From positions 110,852,805 to 110,916,754 of the forward strand of contig NC_068984.1 of assembly GCF_001194135.2 (NCBI RefSeq): DNA of 63,950 bases, written 5' to 3'. The translations under genes and the position numbers were made by a program. Positions 25,906-37,127 of the stretch are shown here, piece by piece. The notes below the pieces were generated by a model that was not told where the DNA came from, did not search any database, and saw nothing but the letters and a program-made list of their open reading frames with translations. The DNA comes from Octopus bimaculoides (lineage: Eukaryota). Each line of letters begins with the position of its first letter. Within the stretch, counting starts at the first letter, position 1.

Positions 25906-26038
25906 CTGAACTACTAAATTACGAGAACATAAACACACCTACACTCATTGTCATGTAGTGGCAAGGGAAAAACACAGACAAAATGACACACAAACAAATA
26001 ATATATATATATATATATATATCATAACCATATAATTA

Positions 26039-26240
26039 CATCCTATATGGGACAGTGCTGCTGACATTTATAGCTCCAGGGAGACATCTCTCCAGCTGGC
26101 TAATGACACAATAAGTATTTGCAAAGAGCGGTCATCTCCCTTTGCAAATACTAATCAGACACAGAATGTGTATTGTTAGCCAGTTGGAGAGATGTCTTCC
26201 TGGGGCTATAAACGCCAGTAGCACTGTCCTGTATAGGATG
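26039..26240. mobile_element. Foldback MITE-like hairpin with ~70-bp arms and an inner 13-bp stem
   Basis: catcctatatgggacagtgct...ctggctaa pairs with ttagccagttgg...agcactgtcctgtataggatg; inner stem agtatttgcaaag / ctttgcaaatact. Confidence 0.8.
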
Positions 26241-27106
26241 CCACATTTGATTGGCAAATACATGTTATGATTCTGTATTGCCACTGTTTATATCTCACTC
26301 AGAGATTTAATTTAGCCCACACACACACACACACATATAATCATCATCATCGTTTAACGTCCACTTTCCATGCTAGCATTGCTTGAACGATTTGACTGAG
26401 GACTGGCAAGCCAGAAGGTTGNNNNNNNNNNNNNNNNNNNNNNNNNNNNNNNNNNNNNNNNNNNNNNNNNNNNNNNNNNNNNNNNNNNNNNNNNNNNNNN
26501 NNNNNNNNNNNNNNNNNNNNNNNNNNNNNNNNNNNNNNNNNNNNNNNNNNNNNNNNNNNNNNNNNNNNNNNNNNNNNNNNNNNNNNNNNNNNNNNNNNNN
26601 NNNNNNNNNNNNNNNNNNNNNNNNNNNNNNNNNNNNNNNNNNNNNNNNNNNNNNNNNNNNNNNNNNNNNNNNNNNNNNNNNNNNNNNNNNNNNNNNNNNN
26701 NNNNNNNNNNNNNNNNNNNNNNNNNNNNNNNNNNNNNNNNNNNNNNNNNNNNNNNNNNNNNNNNNNNNNNNNNNNNNNNNNNNNNNNNNNNNNNNNNNNN
26801 NNNNNNNNNNNNNNNNNNNNNNNNNNNNNNNNNNNNNNNNNNNNNNNNNNNNNNNNNNNNNNNNNNNNNNNNNNTATATATATATATATATATATATGAA
26901 AATTGTTATTAATCTAAACAAGCTGAAAATACACGCAGAATAAATTAGAATTAGTTAGAATTTAATTACATTTTAAAAATATAGGAATACAGTTGACCAG
27001 TTTCACAAAAGATTTTCATAAGTATACAGTATAAAGAGTTGTCACAAATTATGAGTATACTGACTATAAGAACAGATTTTTTCGTATGTATATAAATAAA
27101 TATATA

Positions 27107-27195
27107 TGCGGGGGTGCTGAAAAATTCCTGGTCTTAAGGATGTAGTGAAAAGCCTAGCTGGAGGCTCAACTTTACATGTTCTTTTACAAGGCTTA
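27107..27195 (+). mobile_element. Mariner-type MITE 5' fragment
   Basis: ta|tgcgggggtgctgaaaaattcctgg resembles a mariner TIR (CGAGGGGGTGCTGAAAAGT-like); no 3' TIR found. Confidence 0.4.
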
Positions 27196-27519
27196 TGGTT
27201 ACAGTGGCCACTAACTTTTTAGGGTGCAATGATGGGTTTGGTTAGTGTTTTGGTGACTCTCAAAAAATTCACTCAACATAGTTTGATTGTTATCATTTTC
27301 TTAAGGTGTGTGGGTATGAATTTTGTATACCAATGTTGTTGAGAAAGAAAAAGAGTCAAGATTAAATTCAAGGTATACATAATTGTGATTTTAAATGGCT
27401 GAATTAACAAGTAATTAAAACTGTGACATTTCACGTGAATCAACCTGATATATACATTATACTAACAGAGATACCTGGCCTTGCTTGGGATTAAAATGGT
27501 ATAGATTATTTTATTGCTT

Positions 27520-27790
27520 TACTTGTTTCAGGCATGTGACTGCGGCCATGTTGGAGCACCACCGTTGGTCGGACAAATCAACAGCAGGATTTATTGTTTG
27601 TAAGCCAAATACTTATTTTGTCAGTGCCTTTTGCTGAACCGCTAAATTATGGGAATGTAAACACAGCAACATTAGTTTTCAAGCAATGACAGGGGTGCAA
27701 ACACAGACACACAATCACACACATGCAAATATACACAAAAGACAGTCTTCTTTCAGTTTCCATGTATGAAATCCACTCATGAGGCTATAA
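27520..27790 (-). mobile_element. SINE family B
   Basis: tttcaggcatgtgactgcggccatgttggagcacc...ttctttcagtttccatg...atccactca. Confidence 0.75.
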
Positions 27791-28083
27791 TATATNNNNN
27801 NNNNNNNNNNNNNNNNNNNNNNNNNNNNNNNNNNNNNNNNNNNNNNNNNNNNNNNNNNNNNNNNNNNNNNNNNNNNNNNNNNNNNNNNNNNNNNNNNNNN
27901 NNNNNNNNNNNNNNNNNNNNNNNNNNNNNNNNNNNNNNNNNNNNNNNNNNNNNNNNNNNNNNNNNNNNNNNNNNNNNNNNNNNNNNNNNNNNNNNNNNNN
28001 NNNNNNNNNNNNNNNNNNNNNNNNNNNNNNNNNNNNNNNNNNNNNNNNNNNTATATATATATATATATATCCATATATCCAAC

Positions 28084-28267
28084 AATTTGGCACCACTTAT
28101 TAAATACAAAGAATAGATATATGGAATAGGTAAAAATCATAAACCCATTTTATGATCGACATTGGTTTATAACAATAATTGTGATATAATGATGACAGCA
28201 GCATAAAGTTTGTCATTTATTCATTAAGACAATAGATTGCACATGCAGACAACACCAACAATATATA
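28084..28267 (-). repeat. ~185-bp repeat, right member of the inverted pair
   Basis: Reverse complement of 24535-24719. Confidence 0.9.
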
Positions 28268-28269
28268 TG

Positions 28270-28540
28270 AATTCTTTTAAGAACAGAAATTTAATGAACT
28301 CTACGGGCCTTAGTAAATTCATTTGGGAACTTAAATAAAAAATAATAGAATATGAGTTAAAATGGGAAATAGTTTGCAAGGCTAAATCTTATAGGAAAGG
28401 GAATAGATTCTGCTTATTATGTACTAACGAAAGTATAGAGATATTATTAGCTAATAAAAAATTGATTAACTCCCAAGATGAATGTAATATTAAATGCAGA
28501 CATGAATTAAATTACTTATATAATAATTCTAGTAACTAAT
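28270..28540 (+). mobile_element. Penelope-like GIY-YIG endonuclease C-terminal fragment
   Basis: NSFKNRNLMNSTGLSKFIWELK*KIIEYELKWEIVCKAKSYRKGNRFCLLCTNESIEILL...KCRHE. Confidence 0.85.
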
Positions 28541-28721
28541 TTTAAAATTTAAACCTAGGATTAGGTACCAACTTATAGTTATGATCAGTAGCGTAAAATA
28601 CATCATATTAGCTTTAGAATACACTTTAATCATCACAATATTATACAAAATGGGAACATATAACTACCTTTACTTTAAGTGTTCAACGATAATATGAGTA
28701 GTCTTTTACAATGTTTTATAA

Positions 28722-29170
28722 CATTATTCAAGTAATATATGACTTTCGTATTTGGTATAGTTATTATTCTGCGTAAATCTGAGAGTTTTAAATATTTTAG
28801 TATTATTAATCTTCAATAAACTTTTTATTTTGGGTATATTTTCTTTTTCGATATTTTCGTTATTATTTTAGTAACTATAATACGTATTTACCTCTTCTAA
28901 TGGACGCCATGTTTATCACGTGACTATTCAGTATTGATTTATTCATTTTCATAGCATTATTTACGTCATATAGAATTTTCGTATGTGTATAGTTATTACT
29001 CTGCGTTAATTTGCAAGTTTAAGTATTTTAGTATTTTTAATCCTCAAGAATCTTTTTATTTTAGGTAGATTTTCTTTTTCGATATTTTCGTTATTATTTT
29101 AGTAATTATAATACGCATGTACTTCTGGGTAATAGACGCCATATTTATCACGTGACCTTTTAGTATAAAT
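28722..29170. repeat. Two-copy direct tandem repeat, period ~233 bp
   Basis: cattatt...ttttcgatattttcgttattattttagtaa...gacgccatgtttatcacgtgac at 28722 and 28955. Confidence 0.9.
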
Positions 29171-29508
29171 TCTATAGAGAAGCCATTTTGGTTTTAATCT
29201 ACAGTTAAAGCCGGCAAATAAGTCATGTTTTCTTATTTTAATTTTATAAACAATATTGACATCTGTCTTTTAGTAACTTTATACACTAACACATTTTTTC
29301 CTATTATACAATTATTCCATAATGTTTTAACCTTGTTTACTATAATACTCTTTTTCAATATTTTTAGATTGTAACTCTTAATAATTATATTAATACCGTT
29401 AATGTAGGGATTAGTTTAGAGATTTTGTCTCTTTATATATATTTTTATTTCTCATGTTTATGTTTATTCCTTGAATGATTTTAGGTATTTTCTTAGGGAT
29501 TTGACTTG

Positions 29509-29908
29509 AAGAGTTCTTATCTTGTTTTTTTAACCCCCAAATAAACCTACTAAGACTAGTACTAGCTATTTTACTCCTATCTCTAAACGTATTAAAGTGA
29601 CAAGAAATTCTCCTACAAATCTTATCCGAAGAACAACCCACATAAACACTAACATCTGTATCACTCTTAACCTTACACTGATGCACTATATTCCTTAATC
29701 TCACGTTCGGACCCTCAAGCCATAACCTCCTGGGATTAATCTCAGTTGCCTCAATCTTAGAACCTATAATATTATTACCTAAGTGAGGGTCCTCACCCCT
29801 ATTCATTCCATTTATGCCTGTCTTAAGAACTTTAGAATTATGTGCTGCAATAATCTGCTCTAGGTTCTTAGTATTGGAAAAACCAAACCTAACACTATGC
29901 GTATTAAT
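29509..29908 (-). mobile_element. Penelope-like linker plus GIY-YIG N-terminal half (inverted segment)
   Basis: Open minus frame INTHSVRFGFSNTKNLEQIIAAHNSKVL...NIVHQCKVK...VYVGCSS...RISCHFNTFRDRSKIASTSLSRFIWGLK. Confidence 0.88.
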
Positions 29909-29914
29909 AATTTT

Positions 29915-30130
29915 AATTGGGGGTTAAAAGAACAAAATAAGAACTTTTCGTTAGAATGGTCTATTATTGGGAGGAATTTCCCTTACGATAAGGGTAGGAG
30001 GTATTACAACTTGTGCAATCTTGAGTTGTTTTTTATTCTATTTTCAAAGCATAAACTAATTAATAAACTAGCATATAATGGGTTCAGATGTGTTCACGTT
30101 CGCAAACACACTTATTTTTGGTTTAGATAA
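29915..30130 (+). mobile_element. Penelope-like GIY-YIG C-terminal segment (sense segment of the same insertion)
   Basis: WGLKEQNKNFSLEWSIIGRNFPYDKGRRYYNLCNLELFFIL...RCVH continues where the inverted segment stops. Confidence 0.85.
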
Positions 30131-31159
30131 TTTCATTGTTTATTTTCTCCTATAGCTGAATTTTGATCGGGTGTTAGGGTCTGGGTTTTAGTATTTTTAG
30201 TTCTGCTATTGCTCCATTTACTTATTCGTACATCCGTTCATATACATGTGAAAGTGTGTATACATATGCATGGGTATACGTGGAAAAATGTGTGTATGTA
30301 TGTGTGTATATATGTGTATGTATGTGTGTATATATGCATATGGGTATGTGTATGTATATNNNNNNNNNNNNNNNNNNNNNNNNNNNNNNNNNNNNNNNNN
30401 NNNNNNNNNNNNNNNNNNNNNNNNNNNNNNNNNNNNNNNNNNNNNNNNNNNNNNNNNNNNNNNNNNNNNNNNNNNNNNNNNNNNNNNNNNNNNNNNNNNN
30501 NNNNNNNNNNNNNNNNNNNNNNNNNNNNNNNNNNNNNNNNNNNNNNNNNNNNNNNNNNNNNNNNNNNNNNNNNNNNNNNNNNNNNNNNNNNNNNNNNNNN
30601 NNNNNNNNNNNNNNNNNNNNNNNNNNNNNNNNNNNNNNNNNNNNNNNNNNNNNNNNNNNNNNNNNNNNNNNNNNNNNNNNNNNNNNNNNNNNNNNNNNNN
30701 NNNNNNNNNNNNNNNNNNNNNNNNNNNNNNNNNNNNNNNNNNNNNNNNNNNNNNNNNNNNNNNNNNNNNNNNNNNNNNNNNNNNNNNNNNNNNNNNNNNN
30801 NNNNNNNNNNNNNNNNNNNNNNNNNNNNNNNNNNNNNNNNNNNNNNNNNNNNNNNNNNNNNNNNNNNNNNNNNNNNNNNNNNNNNNNNNNNNNNNNNNNN
30901 NNNNNNNNNNNNNNNNNNNNNNNNNNNNNNNNNNNNNNNNNNNNNNNNNNNNNNNNNNNNNNNNNNNNNNNNNNNNNNNNNNNNNNNNNNNNNNNNNNNN
31001 NNNNNNNNNNNNNNNNNNNNNNNNNNNNNNNNNNNNNNTGCATACCTTCACTGTCGATTTTTTCTGCTATTTTGGTGATGATTTTTTGAGTTAGCTTACC
31101 AATTATTTTTGTTGGTAGTTAATTTATAAAATATTGATATATATATGTATTTATTTATG

Positions 31160-31320
31160 TACAATGGGCTTCTTTCAGCCTCCATCAACCAAGTCCACTC
31201 ACAAGGTTTTGGTTGACCCAAGGCTATTGTTGAAGATTCTTGCCCAAGGTGCCAGGTAGTAGGACTGAACTTGGAGCCATGTAGTTGGGAAGTTAACTTC
31301 TTACTACACAGCTATGCCAG
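31160..31320 (-). mobile_element. SINE family B (5' part)
   Basis: ccactcacaaggttttggttgacccaaggctattg...cttcttactacacagc. Confidence 0.75.
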
Positions 31321-31400
31321 GGAGAATTTTTTCTCACTGCCCTTGTATATATGTGTATATTCATGTAGGTATTAATCCATGATAACTCGATCTAAATATT

Positions 31401-31767
31401 AAACAAGAGCACTCAGAGGGCACAAACCTCTGTCAAGGCAACACCAACGTCCACTCAACGATTAGCCAGAGATAAATTTTAAAATGATAATATCTGAAAT
31501 AAACTCGACTGCTCTCACAAACGAGAATACTAAAAATGAACCCGAATGCTCTCAAAAATTAATTAAATAAACAGGAAAAATAATCCAGAATCCTTATCCG
31601 GTACCAGATCGACCCTAAAATCTAACTAGTTCATGCCAGTCACGAGGCCAAGCATCCCTGAAAGTTTCATCCGGATCCATCTAGCCGTTTTTGAGATATC
31701 TTGTCCACGGACAAACAAGCAAGAAACAAACAAACATGATTGAAAACAATGCTAATGTGGAGGTAAT
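31401..31767. mobile_element. Helentron-associated non-autonomous element (HINE/DINE-1-like)
   Basis: Asymmetric subterminal inverted repeat acctctgtcaagg (5' internal) versus gtggaggtaat (3' end); internal (aaac)n; characteristic aagtttcat...ccgtttttgagatatc body; T-rich flanks. Confidence 0.6.
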
Positions 31768-31789
31768 AAAATATATGTGCTTTTAATGT

Positions 31790-31985
31790 TTTATTTATTT
31801 TAGTCTTTGGTCTGCTGCCATGCTGTAGCACTGACTTATAAAGTTAGTTGAACAAATCGGGCCCAGAACTTACTATAAGTTTGGTGCTTATTCTATTGTC
31901 TGTTTTGGTGGACAGCTAAGTTACAGAGATGAAAACAAACCAGCACCAGTTGTCAAATGGTGATGGTGACAAACACAAATGCAAG
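31790..31985 (-). mobile_element. SINE family B 3' part
   Basis: ctgctgccatgctgtagcac...acagctaagttacagagatgaaaacaaaccagcaccagttgtcaa. Confidence 0.7.
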
Positions 31986-32392
31986 ACATCTCTGCACGCA
32001 CGCACACACAGACACACACACACACACTTATACATATACATGTACCTATGCAGTAATGTATATACATGTGTTTATATATTTATCCATATAAATACATGTG
32101 TATGTATATACATATATCTGCATACACATGTATTTATATGCATAAATATATAAACACATGCATATGTACATATAAGTGTATGACTGTGTGTATGTCTGTG
32201 TACAAGTATGTGCGTGCAGAGATGTCTTGCATTTGTATTTGTCACATCACCATTTTTTATATACATATACATACACACACGTGTATATATAAACACACAC
32301 ATATGCATATATATATATATATATATGTATACATGTATATATATATAAACACATACATATGCATATTATATACATACACATACAAAATCATA

Positions 32393-33030
32393 CAAGGGTG
32401 TTTGGAAAGTAATTGCATTTTTTTCACTACTATGAAATATGAATCAACCAATCACATCAGATCCAAGTTCGAATGGGTGAGAACTGTCTAGAAACGGCAT
32501 ATCATCTTTTCTATCTGGCACTGTGTCATCCATAGTTATTTCATTAATTATCCCCATGGAGGATATGAGGCTTATGAAACAACATATTCACCATTGCTTA
32601 CTGTATGAGTTTCGAAAGAAAAGTACCACTAACAGAAGCAATTGAAAACATTTGTGAAGTGTATCCAGATGTAGTGAAAGTTCATATATTTCAGCTGTGG
32701 TTTAAAAGGTTTAAAGATGATGATTGGGACATCCAACAAGCCCCACTCTTAATGACGACCTTTTGAATGAGTCTATTGTAATGGATCCGCGTCAAAGCAC
32801 CAGGGATTATTTTACAAACATTTAATGTGTCATGTTCACCTATCCATGAGCATCTCAAGAAATTGGAAAAACCTACAAAGAGGGAATATGGGTTCCACTT
32901 CAGATCCTGCTTCAGAACCGAACACAATGTTCCACCATCTGCAGCAGATTTCTGACAGGGAATAACAACCTGTCATTTCTGAAGCACATTTTTACAGGTG
33001 AAGAAAAATGGGTCTTGCATCACAACAGAA
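32393..33030 (+). mobile_element. 3'-truncated decayed mariner element
   Basis: TA|caagggtg TIR; ATG at 32556; motifs HIHHCLLYEF, WFKRFKD, WVP and TGEEKWV, with frameshifts. Confidence 0.85.
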
Positions 33031-33032
33031 AC

Positions 33033-33174
33033 AATGCGTCATGATGCTGGTTTTCTCACAGACAGTGCCCAACTGACCCTACTATACTGTGCAGTCGACA
33101 AAATGAAAAACAATGTGCATGCATGAAATTAAAAGTATAGTATAAAATGGTGACAATTTGCCCATCACACCCTG
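33033..33174 (-). mobile_element. 5' end of a second Tc1/mariner-type element
   Basis: Minus strand TA|CAGGGTGTGATGGGCAAATTG...gtgagaaaaccagcatcATGACG; sequence differs from the adjacent mariner. Confidence 0.55.
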
Positions 33175-33177
33175 TAT

Positions 33178-33208
<31 letters not shown>

Positions 33209-33218
33209 CATATACACA

Positions 33219-33280
<62 letters not shown>

Positions 33281-34294
33281 CAAACACATACATATATATA
33301 AATAATAAAATATTTTAAAGGATTTTATTTAGATAAATGCTGTACATGTTTCCTTAATAGCTGTTTAAAAATTATTTTAAAAACATGAATATTGAAAAAG
33401 ATATTGGTATAAGCTTAAAGAAATATAAGTACAAACTGAAAGAAACATTCACTGAAGCTGAAAGAAATATTGATACAAATTCAAAGAAATTTCAGAATAC
33501 ATTCAAAGAAGTATCAGTACATGTTTAACATATTTAATCCCTCTGCTAAGCAATACATTTTAAAGAAATTAAAAATCATAAACAAAAAATAAACCCAAAA
33601 AATTTAAAGATATATTTTGCATGCTTCATCAATTTATCATACCAAATTACTTTAAACATCTCGTTTGTCTTTAATGGAATTTTGAAATATTTATATGTTA
33701 CCTCTGGATCTCATCATAGTATAAACAGATATTTGTTTCCTCTGCTACAGTCATCAATGACATAATAAATGTCTGTGATTTTTGAAGTGTAATGAAAATT
33801 TGATTCCATTAGCTGAAACCTGTGATGATGTCAGGATTCCCCAGGAGAAATTTTGTAAGATTTGAAAATCAAGATGCAAAGTTCTATATGAGTATTCTCT
33901 TCATTGCTTAAGGCAAGATGACATGGTTAATATGAAGGTCTGTATGAAAGTTTATATGTGTGCGTGTGTGTGTTTGAGGTTTTGTGTGTTTGAGTTTGTA
34001 TGTGTGAGTTTGTGTGTGTGTGTTTGAACATATATGATTAAAAAAGAAGAAATGTAGGAAAATCTCAATCAGCTTTATAAGAAGATTTTGAGTAATATGT
34101 TACATATCATTAATGCATATACGTTTATACATACATTTATATACGTGTGGGTATAAGTATGTTTTTATGTATATATGTATATATATATTTTTATTTATAT
34201 ATACATGTATATATGATGAGATATATACATACACTGAGACATACATACACACATATATATATGTATATACTAGTATATATACACATATAGTTAC

Positions 34295-34445
34295 AGGCTT
34301 AGCTGTGTAGTTAAAAAGTTTGCTTTCCACCTCTGTCATTTTGGGTTCAACCCCACTGTGTAGCATATTGTGTAAGTACTTTCTACAAACCAACCTAAAT
34401 TTCGTGAGTGGATGCTTTAAATGGAAACTGAAAGAAGTCTATCTT
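34295..34445 (+). mobile_element. SINE family B 5' part
   Basis: gctgtgtagttaaaaagtttgctttcc...gggttcaaccccactg...gagtggatg...ggaaactgaaagaagtc. Confidence 0.75.
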
Positions 34446-34514
34446 TATATATATGTATGTATGTATATATATTTACCTGTATGTATACATATATTCAGCT
34501 GTTCCATAGGCAAA

Positions 34515-35330
34515 GAAGATGTCTAAAGTAGAAGTAATTATGGAAGTATCAAATTGTGGAAACATGTCATGAAAAATATGGAAACAAATACAATCCAATC
34601 ATTTATGAACAGAATTAACCTAAACGGAATGCAGTTTAATTTGTATCAAGTACTGCAGTTTTATGCCAAGAAGAAGTACTTCCAAGTAAGACAATTACAG
34701 GAGAATCATCTAGCTAAAAGTAAACCATTAGACATGTCATTCAGGACCTGAAAAAAAGTCTTTGAGAGAGTTTCTTACCCTATGATCTGGTGTTCTTTGA
34801 GAAAGCTAAGTGCAAATGAATGCTTTGTTAGAGGCTTACAATCCATGTACAGGGATACTTTCAGTTGGGTGAGAATCAACAGCAAGTACTGATGTGAATT
34901 TATTGTACAGATTGGAGTTTGCCATGTGTTGATACTCAGACCCCCTCCTATTTATCATAGTCCTCCATGAGAATTTAAGACTGGCTGCTGTTGGAAACTA
35001 GTATATGTTGATGACTTCATTCTTAAAGCAGAATCTATAGAAAAAAATGGAAAAGAAATTCCAGGCGAGGAAGCAAAATTTGGAATCAAAGGGCCTTAAG
35101 ATTAACCTAGGAAAGACTAAAATTATAGTAAACACAAAAATAGATAGGACTTTCAACACATCAAGTAACTGACTCTGCTTAACATTTGTAGGAAGGATAA
35201 AGGCAGGAATTACATACAATCTACCCAGTGCAAGCTATGGACACATGAAAGGTGCAATGGAATCACAGAGTTATTAAGAGAGAAAGTAGTCTTTTTATGT
35301 AGATGTGCAGAAGCAGTAAACACTGGTTTG
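34515..35330 (+). mobile_element. RTE-clade LINE reverse transcriptase fragment, decayed
   Basis: IKLWKHVMK, FQVRQLQENHLAK, DLKKVFERV, PLLFIIVL, LVYVDD (YADD-like) and LESKGLKINLGKTK. Confidence 0.9.
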
Positions 35331-35331
35331 G

Positions 35332-35692
35332 TTGGCACTCCGTTGGTTACGACGACGAGGGTTCCAGTTGATCCCGATCAACGGAACAGCCTGTTCGTGA
35401 AATTAACGTGCAAGTGGCTGAGCATTCCACAGACACGTGTACTCTTAACGTAGTTCTCGGGGATATTCAGCGTGACACAGTGTGATAAGGCTGGCCCTTT
35501 GAAATACAGGTACAACAGAAACAGGAAGTAAGAGTGAGAGAAAGAGTACAGCAGGGTTCACCACCATCCCCTGCCAGAGCTTCGTGGAACTTTAGGTGTT
35601 TTCGCTCAATAAACACTTACAACGCCTGGTCTGGGAATCAAAACCTACGACTGCGAGTCTGCTGCCCTAACCACTGGGCCATTGCTCCTCCA
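35332..35692 (-). mobile_element. SINE family C, near full length
   Basis: Near-identical to 14108-14490; many CpGs retained. Confidence 0.92.
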
Positions 35693-36047
35693 CCAAGGAC
35701 ACTGAAGACACACGGGAAATAAATTTCTTCAAACGCTCATGGGACTTCTTATTTATGAATAGCTGATCTTTACAACCAGAGAACCCACATTTACATCCTT
35801 TTTGCTTATTAGGGAAGATGCCACTTTTTATTAAAAAGTTATAAATTTATTCAATGAAGACAGATGTTAGTATTTTATACATTGTTGTTAAGCAAGTTAC
35901 AGGTCTATAATTTTTTGATTCATTTGTTTCCTCATTGTTTTGGAAGTAGAAATGTAACACCTTTAACTATCCAAGAGTGAATTTGTATTACATTGCTGCA
36001 AAACATTGTTGTAAAGTCTTGTTAGTAGTTCATAACTCTCTGGGCTG

Positions 36048-36252
36048 ACAGAAACGTTAGTACACCAGGTGAAATGCTTAGTGGTATTTTGTCTGTCTTT
36101 ACGTTCTGAGTTCAAATTCTGCCAAGGTCAACTTTGCCTTTCATCCTTTCAGGGATCAATAAAATAAGTACCAGTTGTGTACTAGGGTCGATCTAATCAA
36201 CTGGCCCCCCTTCCACAAAATTTCGGGTCCTGTGCCTAGAGTAGAAAAGAAT
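36048..36252 (+). mobile_element. SINE family A
   Basis: ctgagttcaaattctgccaaggtcaactttgcctttcatcc...gtagaaaagaat. Confidence 0.88.
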
Positions 36253-36289
36253 ATTCCATGAGAACATGTCCAACTCTGAAGAAATATTA

Positions 36290-36425
36290 GCAAGCTTGAA
36301 AACCGGTGAATATTGGCAATAAGAAGGGCATCTGATCTATCTGTAGAAAACCTGCCTTTATAAACTCCATCCAACCCATGCAAGCATTGCAAATCAGATG
36401 TTAGAACGATGGTGATGACAATGAT
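36290..36425 (+). mobile_element. (GAT)n-tailed RTE-type 3' end
   Basis: aagaagggcatc...ccatccaacccatgcaagcat...gatgttagaacgatggtgatgac. Confidence 0.6.
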
Positions 36426-37091
36426 AATAAAGTAGGTTTGTGTAACAAAACGCTGTGTTTATCATACCATTGATGCGATCCTTTCAAAATGTATCTCTGT
36501 TGGAAACTGATGAGTATGACTCATTGAAGACAATGTCAATAAACTTTGGCAAAATATTTTAAGATGAAATAAATGAAAGCAAAATAAAAAAATTAACCAA
36601 GCAAGCCATATGTCAACCAGGTTCTTTCTTTTGGATCCAACCTGTTTCCATCACTCCCCAATGCTCATACTCACACGTATACATATACACATACATAGAT
36701 GCATATGCATGCATGCATAAACATGTGAATGTGCATGCATATGCAGCTTTTTAAATCCACCCTGTCACACTCCATGCTACCACTTTTGCATACACCATTG
36801 ATGTTCTGTATGGGACTTGTTGATTCTGTTTGGCTTGGTTCCAAGGCAGAAACTAAAGTAAACTGTTAGTTATTTCTTTTGTTATAAATACATATAGATA
36901 CACACACACACATACTTATATACATATATACATTCATACGTACATATACATACACATGCATATATACATACAGACACATATGCATACATATATACACTTA
37001 TACATGCACATATACATATACACTATATGCATGCATATATATATATTTCAGAAATACATACATACATATATATATATGTTTTATTTCAGAA

Positions 37092-37127
<36 letters not shown>

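Noticed and set aside
29700-29760. TGA codons near the expected Cys motif of the PLE as selenocysteine (as in some Naiad PLEs)
   Set aside because: The TGAs are out of frame with the endonuclease ORF, this element has a C-terminal rather than N-terminal endonuclease, and no SECIS was identified.
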